NCBI GenBank assembly: GCA_051362555.1
Contig: CM120645.1
Span: 5,208,001-5,272,000, forward strand
Direction of reading: 5' to 3'
DNA from: Lingula anatina
Taxonomy: Eukaryota > Animalia > Brachiopoda
Length of the DNA stretch: 64,000 nt
The notes under the pieces were generated by a model. The model did not search any database and had not been told where the DNA came from. It worked only from the letters and a program-made list of their open reading frames with translations. Of the stretch, positions 12,520 through 23,900 are shown one piece after another (the stretch's first letter is position 1; each line of letters opens with the position of its first letter). A program made the translations under genes and the position numbers.

Positions 12520-13050
12520 CCGAGAAGCTAAAACTCGGACAATTCCCCCTTGACAATCTCCCTCTCGCCCCAAGACAAGCCCCCAAGACCCCCCCCCCCC
12601 CCCCCCCATCCAAGGAAAGAAAAATACATTGCTTTTTTCTATCTATTTGAGACACTTATACATTTCATGATTATTTTACTGAATATAACAAGAAGACAGT
12701 TTATGAAATAAAAACAAAAGGATTGACTATTAATGATATATTACATGTAGATCAGGAAGCTTGAACAGACCTGAGAGATAATCTTAAATTATAAGATGCA
12801 ACTTTAGATGCAGCTTTAGATGCAACTTTTGCACATTTTCCATTACATATCATTTTTAATCAAACATACGCTACCATTTTATCAATTTTGCTAAAAGCAA
12901 ACAAATGTGATTTTATTTTGCATTTCGTTTGATGGCGGTTGGTGTTCTGAACAACAGGGGAGGGGGGTGAACTGTCTTGGGGGAATTGTCTAGGGCTGGG
13001 TTTATTGTCCGGGGGTTAATATTCGGGGGAGAGAGACGAATTGTCCTGAT
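12520..13050. mobile_element. Degenerate foldback/MITE with GGACAATTCCCCC-type inverted subterminal repeats
   Basis: C-rich left arm (cggacaattcccccttgacaatctccc, caagacaagccccc) mirrored by a G-rich right arm (tgtcttgggggaattgtct, attgtccggggg, aattgtcc) around an AT-rich core. Confidence 0.5.
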
Positions 13051-13513
13051 ATATGTAGGCCTACCCTTCAAAATATATAATCCGTTTCTACACAGGCGCC
13101 TTAAGCATGCCCATAGTTCAAATTTAAGGACTTTTTCACTACTTACCTCACGGCGGACGATGCTATTGAGAGCAATCAAAATGAGCTTTATCCTTTAGAT
13201 ATGCTGTAGCTGTTACTCTTCTCCGCAAGGAAATGGTTGCTTTATAAAATGTAAAATAACACAAATGCACCCCTTACATGAATGCAAATGAAATTGCGCA
13301 ATGTACCCACACATTTTATAGATTTGAGGTGCCTTGTGCCAAAAAGCTGGCGCTGAGCGTTATGTACGCTTAAGGGTTTTACATCGGAGATACATTTGAT
13401 TCGATTCATAGAACGACTTTATTACTATACCCATCAGCAGAATTATATTATGTAACACAATTCAAAATAAAAAGCGTATATTAGACAACGGCTGATATGT
13501 ACTGTAAGAGAAC

Positions 13514-13737
13514 ATTCCCACAGATATTTAGATCTGGGGAGTCTCACTAAATTGCTGTCAACTTGGCTGGCTTAAATGTCTGTCACGTCTAGTAAAGCTG
13601 TAAGGGGTTATTATCTTTACCCTAGCTAATTCGGTAGGCATGACAGACATTTAAGCCTCTTGAGCTGATAGCAATTTAGCGTGAGCCCCCAGGGAGTTAG
13701 GTCGATCCAGATGGGTCGATCAAAATCTGTGGGAACG
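13514..13737. mobile_element. Palindromic (hairpin) MITE, copy 1
   Basis: Ends ttcccacagat / atctgtgggaa. Internal arms ctaaattgc...ttaaatgtctgtca / tgacagacatttaa...gcaatttag. A related copy lies at 36291-36501. Confidence 0.7.
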
Positions 13738-14239
13738 CAGTCTAACATCTCAGTAGGGCTGGAGTCATTTGCATGAGAAAAGATATACATTATTATGTCT
13801 TTATATATGCCTTTATAATATGTCTTTATTACTGTCAAACTTTTTGTAGATTTAAATAATTATTTTCATCGACGTTTCCTGTTTACAGACACGTACTAAA
13901 ACTCCAAAGCTTGACATACACGCAGAATGGCGTGTCCAAAGATTTCTTGCTATAAGCAGCAGATGACTTGTAATCTTGACCAGTGTCGATTGTCGGTAAA
14001 ATTCGGCTACAGCAGTGTACATGTATATATAGCAAAGTTCTTAGATCTAACTGATAATGGCAAATACAGAGGATAATATTGAAAAAAGTGAAAAAAGTGA
14101 AAATAGTTCTTAAACGACCAACTACCAAAATAGGCTACGTGTAGATTCAGATGTATTCACGATGCTGTACCAATGTGGATTCAAAATATACCGGGAAGTC
14201 CTTTTGAGAGAGGGTGAGAGTTGGGGAGGGGGGTTTAAT

Positions 14240-14364
14240 GATAAATAAATAAATAATAATAAATAATAATAATAAATAATAATAAATAATAATAAATAAA
14301 TAAATAAACAAATTAATTAATTAATTAATTAATTAATTAATTAATTAATTAATTAATTAATTAA
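14240..14364. repeat. Compound AT-only satellite (AATAAATAAT / AAAT / TTAA units)
   Basis: Read directly. Confidence 0.9.
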
Positions 14365-15551
14365 AAGTTTGTAAAGTCTAAAAATTTGAGGTCAGAGTAA
14401 TTTGTAAGGCAGTTGATAGCTAAATTTTAATGGCTGCAATTGTCATAATGCACTGCCTATGATCAAACAATTTAGATAGGATATAATTCCTTGCTATCAT
14501 TATGGGATTTTTTAATTTATTAAATTTATTAAATTTTTAAATTTAAATTCTTAAAAGAGCATATTCTGTACGTGTGTTGGTAAGCATATAATATAAGAAA
14601 CAGTGTTAGCAGTGTCTCTCGCTGTGGTCCACAGATTGATTGCCGTTTTCAGTTGAGAGTATGAGAGAAGAAAATATTAACTTATGTTTTAAACAAAGTG
14701 CCGTCATACATTTAAGCTACTGTTTTCACGTTAACCGGTAAGCCAGTAAAAGAATAAATGTAAGAGATGCACACAGTAACGACGATTGTTATGATGCATA
14801 CTTTCAAAATAATCTACCAGCCAAATGACTGTACCCAGTATAATATTATCTAAACTACAATGAAGCATAATTAAGCGGTAATAAATCCCCATTGCATTAT
14901 ACATATAAGTGCATCTTACATGCAATAAGACACATGCAATATTTAAAAGCATACAAGGTTCATTTAAATAAACCAAATCCAATGCACTCTATGCACAAAC
15001 AGCAACCTATGTTTCCGTACACGCCATCCAAAATTGTCAACTTCAAACGGGTCTATTGGTACACGCACGCAAACTGCGTCTTATCCGTGTTGAAAGAGTT
15101 CTCTGTTCTCAATAATGCGATGTGGACTGCTATTTTCATATGAATATTCAACCTAGGTAAAAACGTTGTATCACGACACATAAACACCACAGTTGTTGGT
15201 TGGTAAGATATCTTACAGGTGACATAGCTGCTTCTTCCAGGTTTACTAGACTTTTTACACTATGAACTTAAGAAAAAGACAGCGAAGGGGGTGCAAAATA
15301 ACAGGACGTTGAAAACTATGACAATTTTTTTTCACTTTTAAGTAAGTGAAATTCCCACGAAGGATTTATCGAACATATGTCGGAGCACATGATGCACTTC
15401 ACAGTTTAATTATATAACGTAGAAAAGAGACCTTTAGTGAGAGAAAACTCGCTTATAACCAACGAATGAACCTGCGCATCTGAATTGAGAAAAATTCCCG
15501 TATTGGAACAAATGCTTTTCTGACACCAACAGGAATCTACCGACAGGCAAC

Positions 15552-17351
15552 GTGATAGTCACTATTTTAATCGACTGTAGAAGAACAATGGAACATATGA
15601 TAATGTTGTTGAAATGCTGCTTGCGAAATCCCAGAAAACTGATCATCCTCTTGGCAGCGGTCTCCATGGTGATAGGCTTCTCCATTTTGATATTCCACGA
15701 TGAATTTGACCCACTAAGTTCGCAATACGATGGAAAAGTGAAGTTGCCGCTTTGGAACAGTGCAAAAACAAACACGAAAGCCGAGGACAGCTACCTGTAC
15801 CAAAAGCTTGTTCTAAAAAAACCTCTTCTTCCGAAGCGATCCAAATCACCATCTGGAGAGAATATGGGACCTCACCCGAATTACGTGATCAAATCCCCGA
15901 AGATAAACTTTGCTCCCATACCTAAGGTAGGATCAAACCATATTCACGACACTTCGTTATTCCATCAGAAAAAAGGTAAACAAAGACCACCACTTCCTCC
16001 GCGAGCTCCGGCGCAAAACAAAAAAGTAGGCCTCCCTCCCCCCAAAATCGCACAGCCCACTAAATCCAGCAAGCATGAGATTCCCAAAAAACTATCCACC
16101 AATAGAGTGCGCATTAACCCGAAGTTGGCGGCTCGTTTGTTAGCAGATAAGAAGAAGAAGGGACGTCTGACATTGGCGCCATATATGGGTAATTTGAAGA
16201 GTGGGCAGAAGCCCGCGGTTTCTAGCACAGTTAAGCCTGCAGCACCGAAATTACAGATTCAGAGAATGAAGGTTACTGCAAGTGTGCAAAAAGTCAAAAT
16301 GTCGAAGGTAACATCTCCTGTGCCAATTATTCCGAATAAATCAGTTGGCGCGATTGTTGCTAACCCACGCATAGGTGTCACCACAGGTACACCGAAAAAG
16401 AATATTCAACAAAAGCAAAGTTTCGTTGTGGCACCAACTTCGAAAACGTTAGGACAGGCATTTGCAAAAACCAAAGGAGCACAGAATGTCGCCCAGAAAC
16501 CAGTGATTTCGACTCCTTCAAAGTTGGCTTTAAAACCAAGAGTTATCGGTGGACCACTCAAAGGCAACGTCAATGTTAAATTGATTAGGGGTCAACCAGT
16601 TGCGAATATTAAAGGAGCACAGAATGTCGCCCAGAAGTCAGCGATATCAACCTCTACAAAGTCGGGTTTAAATTCAAGAGTTATCGGTAAACCACTCAAA
16701 GGCAACGCCAATGTCAAATTGATCAAGGGTCAAGCAATTCAAAATGGTAAAGGGGCACAAAATGTCGCCAAGAAGCCAGTGATATCAACCTCTGCAAAGT
16801 CGGGTTTAAAGTCGCATGAAATTGGTCAGCCACTTAAAGGCAACGTTAACGTCAAATTAATTAAAGGAAAAGTAGTTGCAAATGCTAAAGGAGCACAGAA
16901 TAGTAAAGGGGAAAAGGGAAGTATCCCGCTCGTGGCAAAAGAATCGATCAAAGAGTATCACATGAAAGGAGAAAAGGGTGTACTGCCGCCTGCTAACTCA
17001 AGGAAACAAACGCAAAAGGTGCCTCTCACAGAAGTTGGCAAGAAATCCATGCCCCAAACTAAGAATTTAATTCCAGCACCGTCTAACTTGAAAATGGGAA
17101 AGGAAATTACCATACAACCTAAAAATTCTGTGAAACCAATTTCCAACTCCAAGGGAGAGAAGGAAAACAATGCGCCAGCTAAAACTGTGGTTCTTCAAAC
17201 TCCCAATACTAAAGGAGGCAAGGGTAAAGCTGCCTCTGGCAAGACAAACCCTACCATCAGTCAGATCAAAGTGGACATTTCAAAAATAAAAAATCCTAAA
17301 TTATTGGCACGTTTGATGGCCATTCAAAAGAAGCTTAATAAGATGCAGTAG
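15552..17351 (+). CDS. Uncharacterised intronless Lys/Pro-rich type II membrane (or secreted) protein with three 46-aa repeats; true start probably one of the ATGs near 15588-15603
   Basis: 1.8-kb uninterrupted ORF in AT-rich DNA. Short basic tail, then a hydrophobic segment LIILLAAVSMVIGFSILIF, then a very basic low-complexity ectodomain. No recognisable globular domain. Confidence 0.75.
   Translation: MIVTILIDCRRTMEHMIMLLKCCLRNPRKLIILLAAVSMVIGFSILIFHDEFDPLSSQYDGKVKLPLWNSAKTNTKAEDSYLYQKLVLKKPLLPKRSKSPSGENMGPHPNYVIKSPKINFAPIPKVGSNHIHDTSLFHQKKGKQRPPLPPRAPAQNKKVGLPPPKIAQPTKSSKHEIPKKLSTNRVRINPKLAARLLADKKKKGRLTLAPYMGNLKSGQKPAVSSTVKPAAPKLQIQRMKVTASVQKVKMSKVTSPVPIIPNKSVGAIVANPRIGVTTGTPKKNIQQKQSFVVAPTSKTLGQAFAKTKGAQNVAQKPVISTPSKLALKPRVIGGPLKGNVNVKLIRGQPVANIKGAQNVAQKSAISTSTKSGLNSRVIGKPLKGNANVKLIKGQAIQNGKGAQNVAKKPVISTSAKSGLKSHEIGQPLKGNVNVKLIKGKVVANAKGAQNSKGEKGSIPLVAKESIKEYHMKGEKGVLPPANSRKQTQKVPLTEVGKKSMPQTKNLIPAPSNLKMGKEITIQPKNSVKPISNSKGEKENNAPAKTVVLQTPNTKGGKGKAASGKTNPTISQIKVDISKIKNPKLLARLMAIQKKLNKMQ
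16473..16901 (+). repeat. Coding tandem repeat, 138-bp/46-aa unit x3 plus a partial unit
   Basis: KGAQNVA(Q/K)KxxISTxxKxxLxxxxIGxPLKGNxNVKLI(R/K)G units start at 16473, 16611 and 16749, with a final KGAQN at 16887. Confidence 0.9.
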
Positions 17352-18676
17352 CACCTGCAGTGCGTGGTGACTAGCAAAGACCCAGTCATCGACTAAATTA
17401 TTCCATGCACGGACGGCTGTAATACGCTTGGTAACTCATAAAAACGTCATATAAAAGCGCAAGGTGCTTCTTGTTTGTGCCGATGGAATGTTTTTAAAGT
17501 AAAATATAATTTTAAATGTATTAAAATACAGTTTTAAGTAGATTTAGTGTTTTAGTCTAATGTTAAATAATACCTGGTCTAACATATTTCTACACAATTT
17601 ACTGACTACCGTTGACTAACAGATTGAACTGTGATTAAGGCAACTTGTATTTGTAACCGGTTTTATGGGAACGTCACCATCAACTTTGATGCATGCGGCA
17701 GATATTAGACCGTGATAAATCCCCAGTAGATGGCTCTCGTATCAATTACGTAATAATTGCAGTGAATGAGCCTCATCAACATAAATTATTTTTACTCCAA
17801 GACCGCTGTGTATTCTGTAAATAAGGATACAATTCATTTTGTGTATAAAGGCACGATGAATTGTTTTATAAACTGTTTTAATGTTGATTTACGGTAGTAA
17901 ATTTATACATTGCAGCAGGCTTTGTACCTTAGGTACATGTATTTCCAATATTCTATTTAAAGGGCATGTTTTTAAGATAATGTATATAATTTTCTGAAAC
18001 AGTATATCAAACCATCTTGTTAGCTAGTGCAAATTTTTATTTCGCATAACAATTTTAAGAAATATATTTTACATAGTAAAATATAACCATACCAAAAGGC
18101 AGCATGGTCTGTTTTCATTTTAGCAAGTCTCCCATGTACCTGTTCTTCAAGTTGCAAAATTAACTTTGGTCAGTCTTAGCACCATTTGTTGGCATTTTGG
18201 TATTTAAATTTAAGAAACGGACGCTAGTCCATTTTCTAAGTAGGGTCTTATGATAGACACTGATACAGCTAGGTTTTGGTCGGTTTTATAACCTTATTGT
18301 ATATAATATCTGCCTGTCTCTCTGGTGCTTTTTCTTACTAGATACTAGTAACCATATACTTAAATTCGTATCATTGCCAGCTGATACGTGAATTCCACGA
18401 CAAGTACATGTACTTTTCTAACGCACAAAACCCGTTTTCAAGGGTCATCAAAACAGACAATAAGTTAAAATACTTAAATCCTACCTGAACACGTCACGAC
18501 TTAAATTAAAAATTGTTATCAAAAAAAAAAAAAAAAAATGATCGGTTTTGAATTAGACAGAATTTTGCAATGACAAAATAATCCTCTATCCCTCCATCTC
18601 CTTTTTAAAAAGTTCACTAAGGAGGCTGTCCCGTCCCCTTCCTTTTTCTCCGGCTTAAAAGTGACCTGTTCAAATG

Positions 18677-18727
<51 letters not shown>

Positions 18728-19190
18728 GTACAAAATCAAATGTATAAAAAATAACATCCCGTGCCGATACTCGTACAGCTGTGTCAGTATACATTGTAAG
18801 ATGGTACAGATTTAGAGGTTATGTACAATACCAACGAAAAATGCACGATCTATACAGATATAAGTGAAATAGTTATACCGAGCCAAGACTGAGGAATTCC
18901 GTCCAATCAAGACATGCTCGGCCGTTTCCGTAAAGTTCCGAGGTAGTCCAAATGGAAGGCAGTTCTTGTTTCAGTCAATCAGCTGACTATAGTTAATTTT
19001 AAATAATTCGATCCTGATTATGCATTTTTAAGGATCGATCATGTTCATTGGCAGATTCGTGTGCAGGGAAAGGGGGTTAATAAAAAACAAAGATTGGGCA
19101 TCTCCCAAATCCTCCTTGATGTGGTTTGTATGGATCTTTAAACATCATACCGATGGTTATCAAATGACAGAACCCACTGCTTATTTTGTC

Positions 19191-19231
<41 letters not shown>

Positions 19232-19232
19232 C

Positions 19233-19265
<33 letters not shown>

Positions 19266-19442
19266 TGAAGAATAAGATTAACTATGGTCAAAAATTGAAA
19301 TAACGAATGCTCGGAAGAGAACAGAGTTTGTAACACTGTGATGAGATTATTGCTCAAACCCCCTTATCCAGCGTCCCACATATACAGCATCAAATAAAAA
19401 AGACATCCTGATTACCGAGTAGTACAATAGCTGAGACAGTCT

Positions 19443-20687
19443 CTAATCAAGACACAATTCTCCGGCACATACAAAGTCCTGTATGGATTTTGGAAGAGGC
19501 AACTCTTTGACACTCGTGAAAATGTTTCTTCCAAGAACCTTTCTGATAGATTTTCTGCAGCAGGATTGCAACGGACCACTGACGTTTAACCAGGACATCG
19601 GTTTTGTAACGGAAGTGTACTGTTCATGCGCCACATTTCCGTCTCGTATCCAAAAGGAATCGCAGTTGTATTGAGCAAGAAGGCCGCAGATTTCAAGATG
19701 GCCGGCCCTACTGGCGATTTGGTACAGCGTCTCTGTCACCTGAAGCGGACCAGCAGGGCCAGACGTACGTCCTGGGGTGTCTAAGTCATAGTTAAGCTTA
19801 ATGAGAACTTTAAGGGTGTCGACGTAATTGTGAGCCGCGATTTCAAAGGCTGGAGATACGCCTTGATGATTTAAGATGTCAGCCCTGGATCCTGCTTCCA
19901 AGAGAATTCTCACTATGGCCGTGTGGTTCTTTCTCATTGCAGCGTGTAAAGCGATTTCTCCCTTGCTCTGATTCCTGGTGTTCACGTCACATCCGAGGTC
20001 CACGAGTCTTTTGACGGCTTCGCTCCGGTTGTAATTCACCGCCTCCATCAGCGGCGTCTGTCCCCAGTTATTTTCGACGTTGGGCTCTGCACCGCTTTCG
20101 ATGAGCAGTCGGATCATCTCGCACGCACCCATTCGGGAGGCAAAGTGCAGGGCGGTGTCGCCATGTTGGTTCTGCACGTTTACTTTACATGCAGCCTTTA
20201 GCAATTTCTTCACGCTCTGGGTCTTCAGGCTACGCACGGCCTTCATAAGGGCCGTTTTCATGGTAATGTCTTGAATATCTATCTCGGCACCCTTTGAGAT
20301 GAGAATGTCAAGCATATCCGTGAGCCCGTGCTCTGCCGCATAATGGAGGGCCGGATACCCAAAAGTATCCACCAAATTTAATTCTGCGTTAGCTGCTATG
20401 AGTGCGCGAAAGCAATCCATCCGGCGGCCATTGACGGCAAAATGAAGCGGCGTGCGACGTAACGTTGCCGTCTGCTTGTTGACGTCACATCCAGAATCAA
20501 TCAAATACCGCACCATGTCCCTGTACCCTTTCAACGCGGCCACGTGAAGGGGACATTTTCCTTGGTGGTCCCTTTCACGAAAGTCTCGGAAGAAGTCGTT
20601 TAGGTCGAATTTATGGCGTGCAGCTACCTCGATGACGCTGCGCAGGTTGCCGCTTATGACAGCGTCGTAAAACTGAAGGGCTGCCAT
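19443..20687 (-). CDS. Ankyrin repeat and SOCS box protein (ASB-like), 414 aa, single coding exon
   Basis: Serial ankyrin motifs (GKCPLHVAA, TPLHFAV, GYPALHYAA, TALMKAV, GDTALHFAS, GQTPLMEAV, GEIALHAAM). C-terminal SOCS box PLQSCCRKSIRKVLG...LPLPKSIQDFV. 5'-UTR acceptor at 20717-20718; candidate upstream donor CAG|GTAAGT at 25420/25419. Confidence 0.92.
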   Translation of the reverse strand: MAALQFYDAVISGNLRSVIEVAARHKFDLNDFFRDFRERDHQGKCPLHVAALKGYRDMVRYLIDSGCDVNKQTATLRRTPLHFAVNGRRMDCFRALIAANAELNLVDTFGYPALHYAAEHGLTDMLDILISKGAEIDIQDITMKTALMKAVRSLKTQSVKKLLKAACKVNVQNQHGDTALHFASRMGACEMIRLLIESGAEPNVENNWGQTPLMEAVNYNRSEAVKRLVDLGCDVNTRNQSKGEIALHAAMRKNHTAIVRILLEAGSRADILNHQGVSPAFEIAAHNYVDTLKVLIKLNYDLDTPGRTSGPAGPLQVTETLYQIASRAGHLEICGLLAQYNCDSFWIRDGNVAHEQYTSVTKPMSWLNVSGPLQSCCRKSIRKVLGRNIFTSVKELPLPKSIQDFVCAGELCLD

Positions 20688-20915
20688 GACACTCAGTTGT
20701 TACTCTCGGCTCCTACCTGCAAAACATAAAAAAACAGATGTATTTCAATTAACTTACTGATGTCACTGTCATCAATCTTAAGCAAAACAAACAAACAAAC
20801 AAACAGCCAAACAAAATATATTTTGCACCGTATACATTAAGAGAATCATGCTTCCCTCATAAAAATATCATAATTTATGTCTGCTAAAATTGAGTGATGA
20901 ATGTGCATTTTTGGA

Positions 20916-20961
<46 letters not shown>

Positions 20962-23900
20962 CAACAGGTAGGTGAAGAAAAAGCCTATCCAGTCAATATG
21001 AAGCTTGCAAGATATTGTTTAATATAACTACAAGCTCTACTGGAATGTCTAACAGAATATTTCAAATATGAGGTGATTAATATTAATCGCCTATATTATG
21101 GCGTGTTAAGATATAATCAGTCATTGTACATGAGCTTTAATGGATCGCTATTTGATGCAGGTAGGAATATAATATAATATGAAAATTATATGACGGAATA
21201 GACACTTGGCATATTGGTTAGAAAAGTCTCTAGGGAGCAATCAGTGTAAATTTGACTTTTTTCTACTGTACCCTCCAACTGAAATAAAAGTGACGAACAC
21301 GTATACACACAGGTAGGATAAGGAAAAAATGCATTCGTCTCGCCGACAAAACAAATGCGGCATGACCAATGTATAAAGTTGTGTGTCATTACTTTCACTT
21401 CCAGTCCACTACTCATTTGCCACTCCCAGATTCCGATTGTCATTAGAAAGTAAATGGCACCAAAAACACCAGCTCTACCTAGTTAAAGCATTAATACCTG
21501 CAATACTGAAGTTATTAAAGCATTATGCCATAATCTGTACACGTAAACCGAGCCCTGGCGGCCCTGGATTTTCATTAAGACGAATGCAAATATCCTCATT
21601 TAACCTTGAATGTATTGGTCTACATGACACGTCAGGGTTGGCAACATTACAGACACCCTTTTCCTCCGTCATCATATACCCTTTACCAGGGCCACGGAGA
21701 TATTTTTTCATTAGATATTCACAAATTATTTCTCTTGCAAATTCTGTGCACATTTCTGTACAGACGGATTGAATAAGGTCACCCTGGCTGTGTTTAAGGG
21801 CTCATTCCCGCTGAAACTACGGAGGCCTATAGTCTCAAAAGGAATGCGCCCTAATACATAGCATACATGTAGGTTATCCAGGGCTATCAAAGACCACAAT
21901 GGCAGATACACCAGATAACATACGTAAACAATCGGCTTGTGAAGTGTGGATGAGACGAACGTGGCCTTTGGACCACCCTGAGCTTCATAGGACATTGGAA
22001 ACCCACCTCTCTACTTATCAACGTGCACCTGCCATTTCCAGATACTGATAGCAGTAGTAGAGAGGTGAATTATCAGTGACCTTTGACTCTCAGGGTGTCT
22101 TCACAGCGACTCTTGATCTGAGCTTGGACAGGGTCGCATGATACACATTTGTCCAATGTCTGAGGTGTACCCCTGCCTAATCTGATACTGAGATACTGAT
22201 ATGAGGAGGGGGGGGGGTCCCTTTCAGTTTAACTTCAACTTCCTTCTACGGGCTTTTTTTCAGATGTGATAGGTTATTTTGATCAGATTAATGAAGGGAA
22301 AGTAAATAAAAATTTCTCATCATCCAGATCCAGAACAAACTGGGAACGCAGGAAGCAAATCTGTGTGTGTGTGTATGTGTGTGTGTGTGTGTGTGTGTGT
22401 TTGTGCTCGCGCGCGCGAGTGTACGTTGGGGGGGGGGGATCATTTCAGAAAAAAAAAAGATATAATTAGCGACGGGGAGGCGTTACTTTTAGCCCGTCTG
22501 CCCTGCTTCTTGCACTTATGAATAACGTGGCTGAAATAAAATTGTTGAAAAAAGTATGAATTAAGACTGACCATCCAGAAAAGAAATTAGAGACAGAGAG
22601 AAGGGAGGGAGGGGGGGTTCCCCTTCCACCTACAGAACTGTAACAAGATACCCGCTTCACGACCAACAAAACATCTTAATCAAGCGACGTAACAATTTCT
22701 ATACACCATGGTTGATTCAGCAAACGCGAAACGGCGCTCAGACAATCCGAATACATATATTCTATTTACAGATGAAAACGCTCCCTTATGCATGCACATT
22801 AACCAATCCTATACGCACCAAACGTGGGAGAGGACGACCTGTTTTATTTTGACACGAATCCGTTCTCGGGATACCTAATCAAGAGGTAAACGGTAAAAAC
22901 ACAGGAATGCCAAGGTTAGGACAAGGTGTAATAATATATCATTTCATAATCGGGAAACAAATATAGAACTGCACCCTGTATTATTGCTCAAGACTGATTC
23001 ATTGTGCGTCCCGTTTGAACCTTAACACACTTGATAATAAATAATTCCTATTTACATGGGGGGGGGGAGGTGAGGAGGAAACACCTGACCTCGCCTAACA
23101 CGTCTCACAGCCAAGCATGAAATTCACACAAGGTGTTATTTGTCTTATTTAACGTGATAACGAATCCGATTTTTTCATGGTGGTTTAGTTGGACTTTGTA
23201 CTTTGTACTCAATCATAAAGAACACCGGTGTGAAAGGAATGGTAGTCCTAGTAACACAAATGAGGCACATGTACACGAAGACCGGTTTTGACAGTGTCCT
23301 GATATTGATCCAACCCACCTAACCGCAATGTAAGCGGGGACACCTTTACGTGGAATTGCTGTTTTAAGGTTCGACTCTTGGGACAACATAAACAAGATCA
23401 TAAGGTGGCAATTTTGCCATTTATACAGTTATATGACAGTAAAATATAAGTGGTTTCTTAAATGAATGAATGAATGAAGGAAGGAAGGATGTATGAAATA
23501 CGAATGAATGGATTAAATCAAAATTAAGGTAAATTACGAACGGAAAGAAACAATAGTAAGCGTAAATTTAAATTTTGAGTTTGCCAAGGTGGTCTCTTCA
23601 TCTGTTCATCTGGCAAATGAAGAGAGTTTTTAAATGCTGTATTTCACTGCCATATCTGAAAGCATCATGTTTTTTTAAAGAAACTGCTTTGGCCGGGTAA
23701 TCATACAAACACCTATTAATCTGAATATAGCTTTGACCGAGATCGGGGCTTCAACAGTGAATCTGTGCCACGACGTATAAGGAAAATATTTCGCGATTTT
23801 GATACCTTGTCCTTAGCACAATGTCTGTCCTCAAAATGTCGAGTACAATGCCAAAAGATTCCCTATAATAAAAGGTGAGATAGGTGAGATACAGTGACAA

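Noticed and set aside
18519-19268. Poly-Leu and poly-Asn ORFs (also 1284-1670 and 31616-32164)
   Set aside because: They are products of (AAT)n or poly(T) tracts, with no other coding signal.
19443-20687. Horizontal transfer or retrocopy origin of the intronless, GC-richer ankyrin ORF
   Set aside because: The SOCS box is typical of animal ASB proteins and a 5'-UTR acceptor is present. No poly(A) remnant or TSD is seen. The higher CpG content fits an unmethylated domain.
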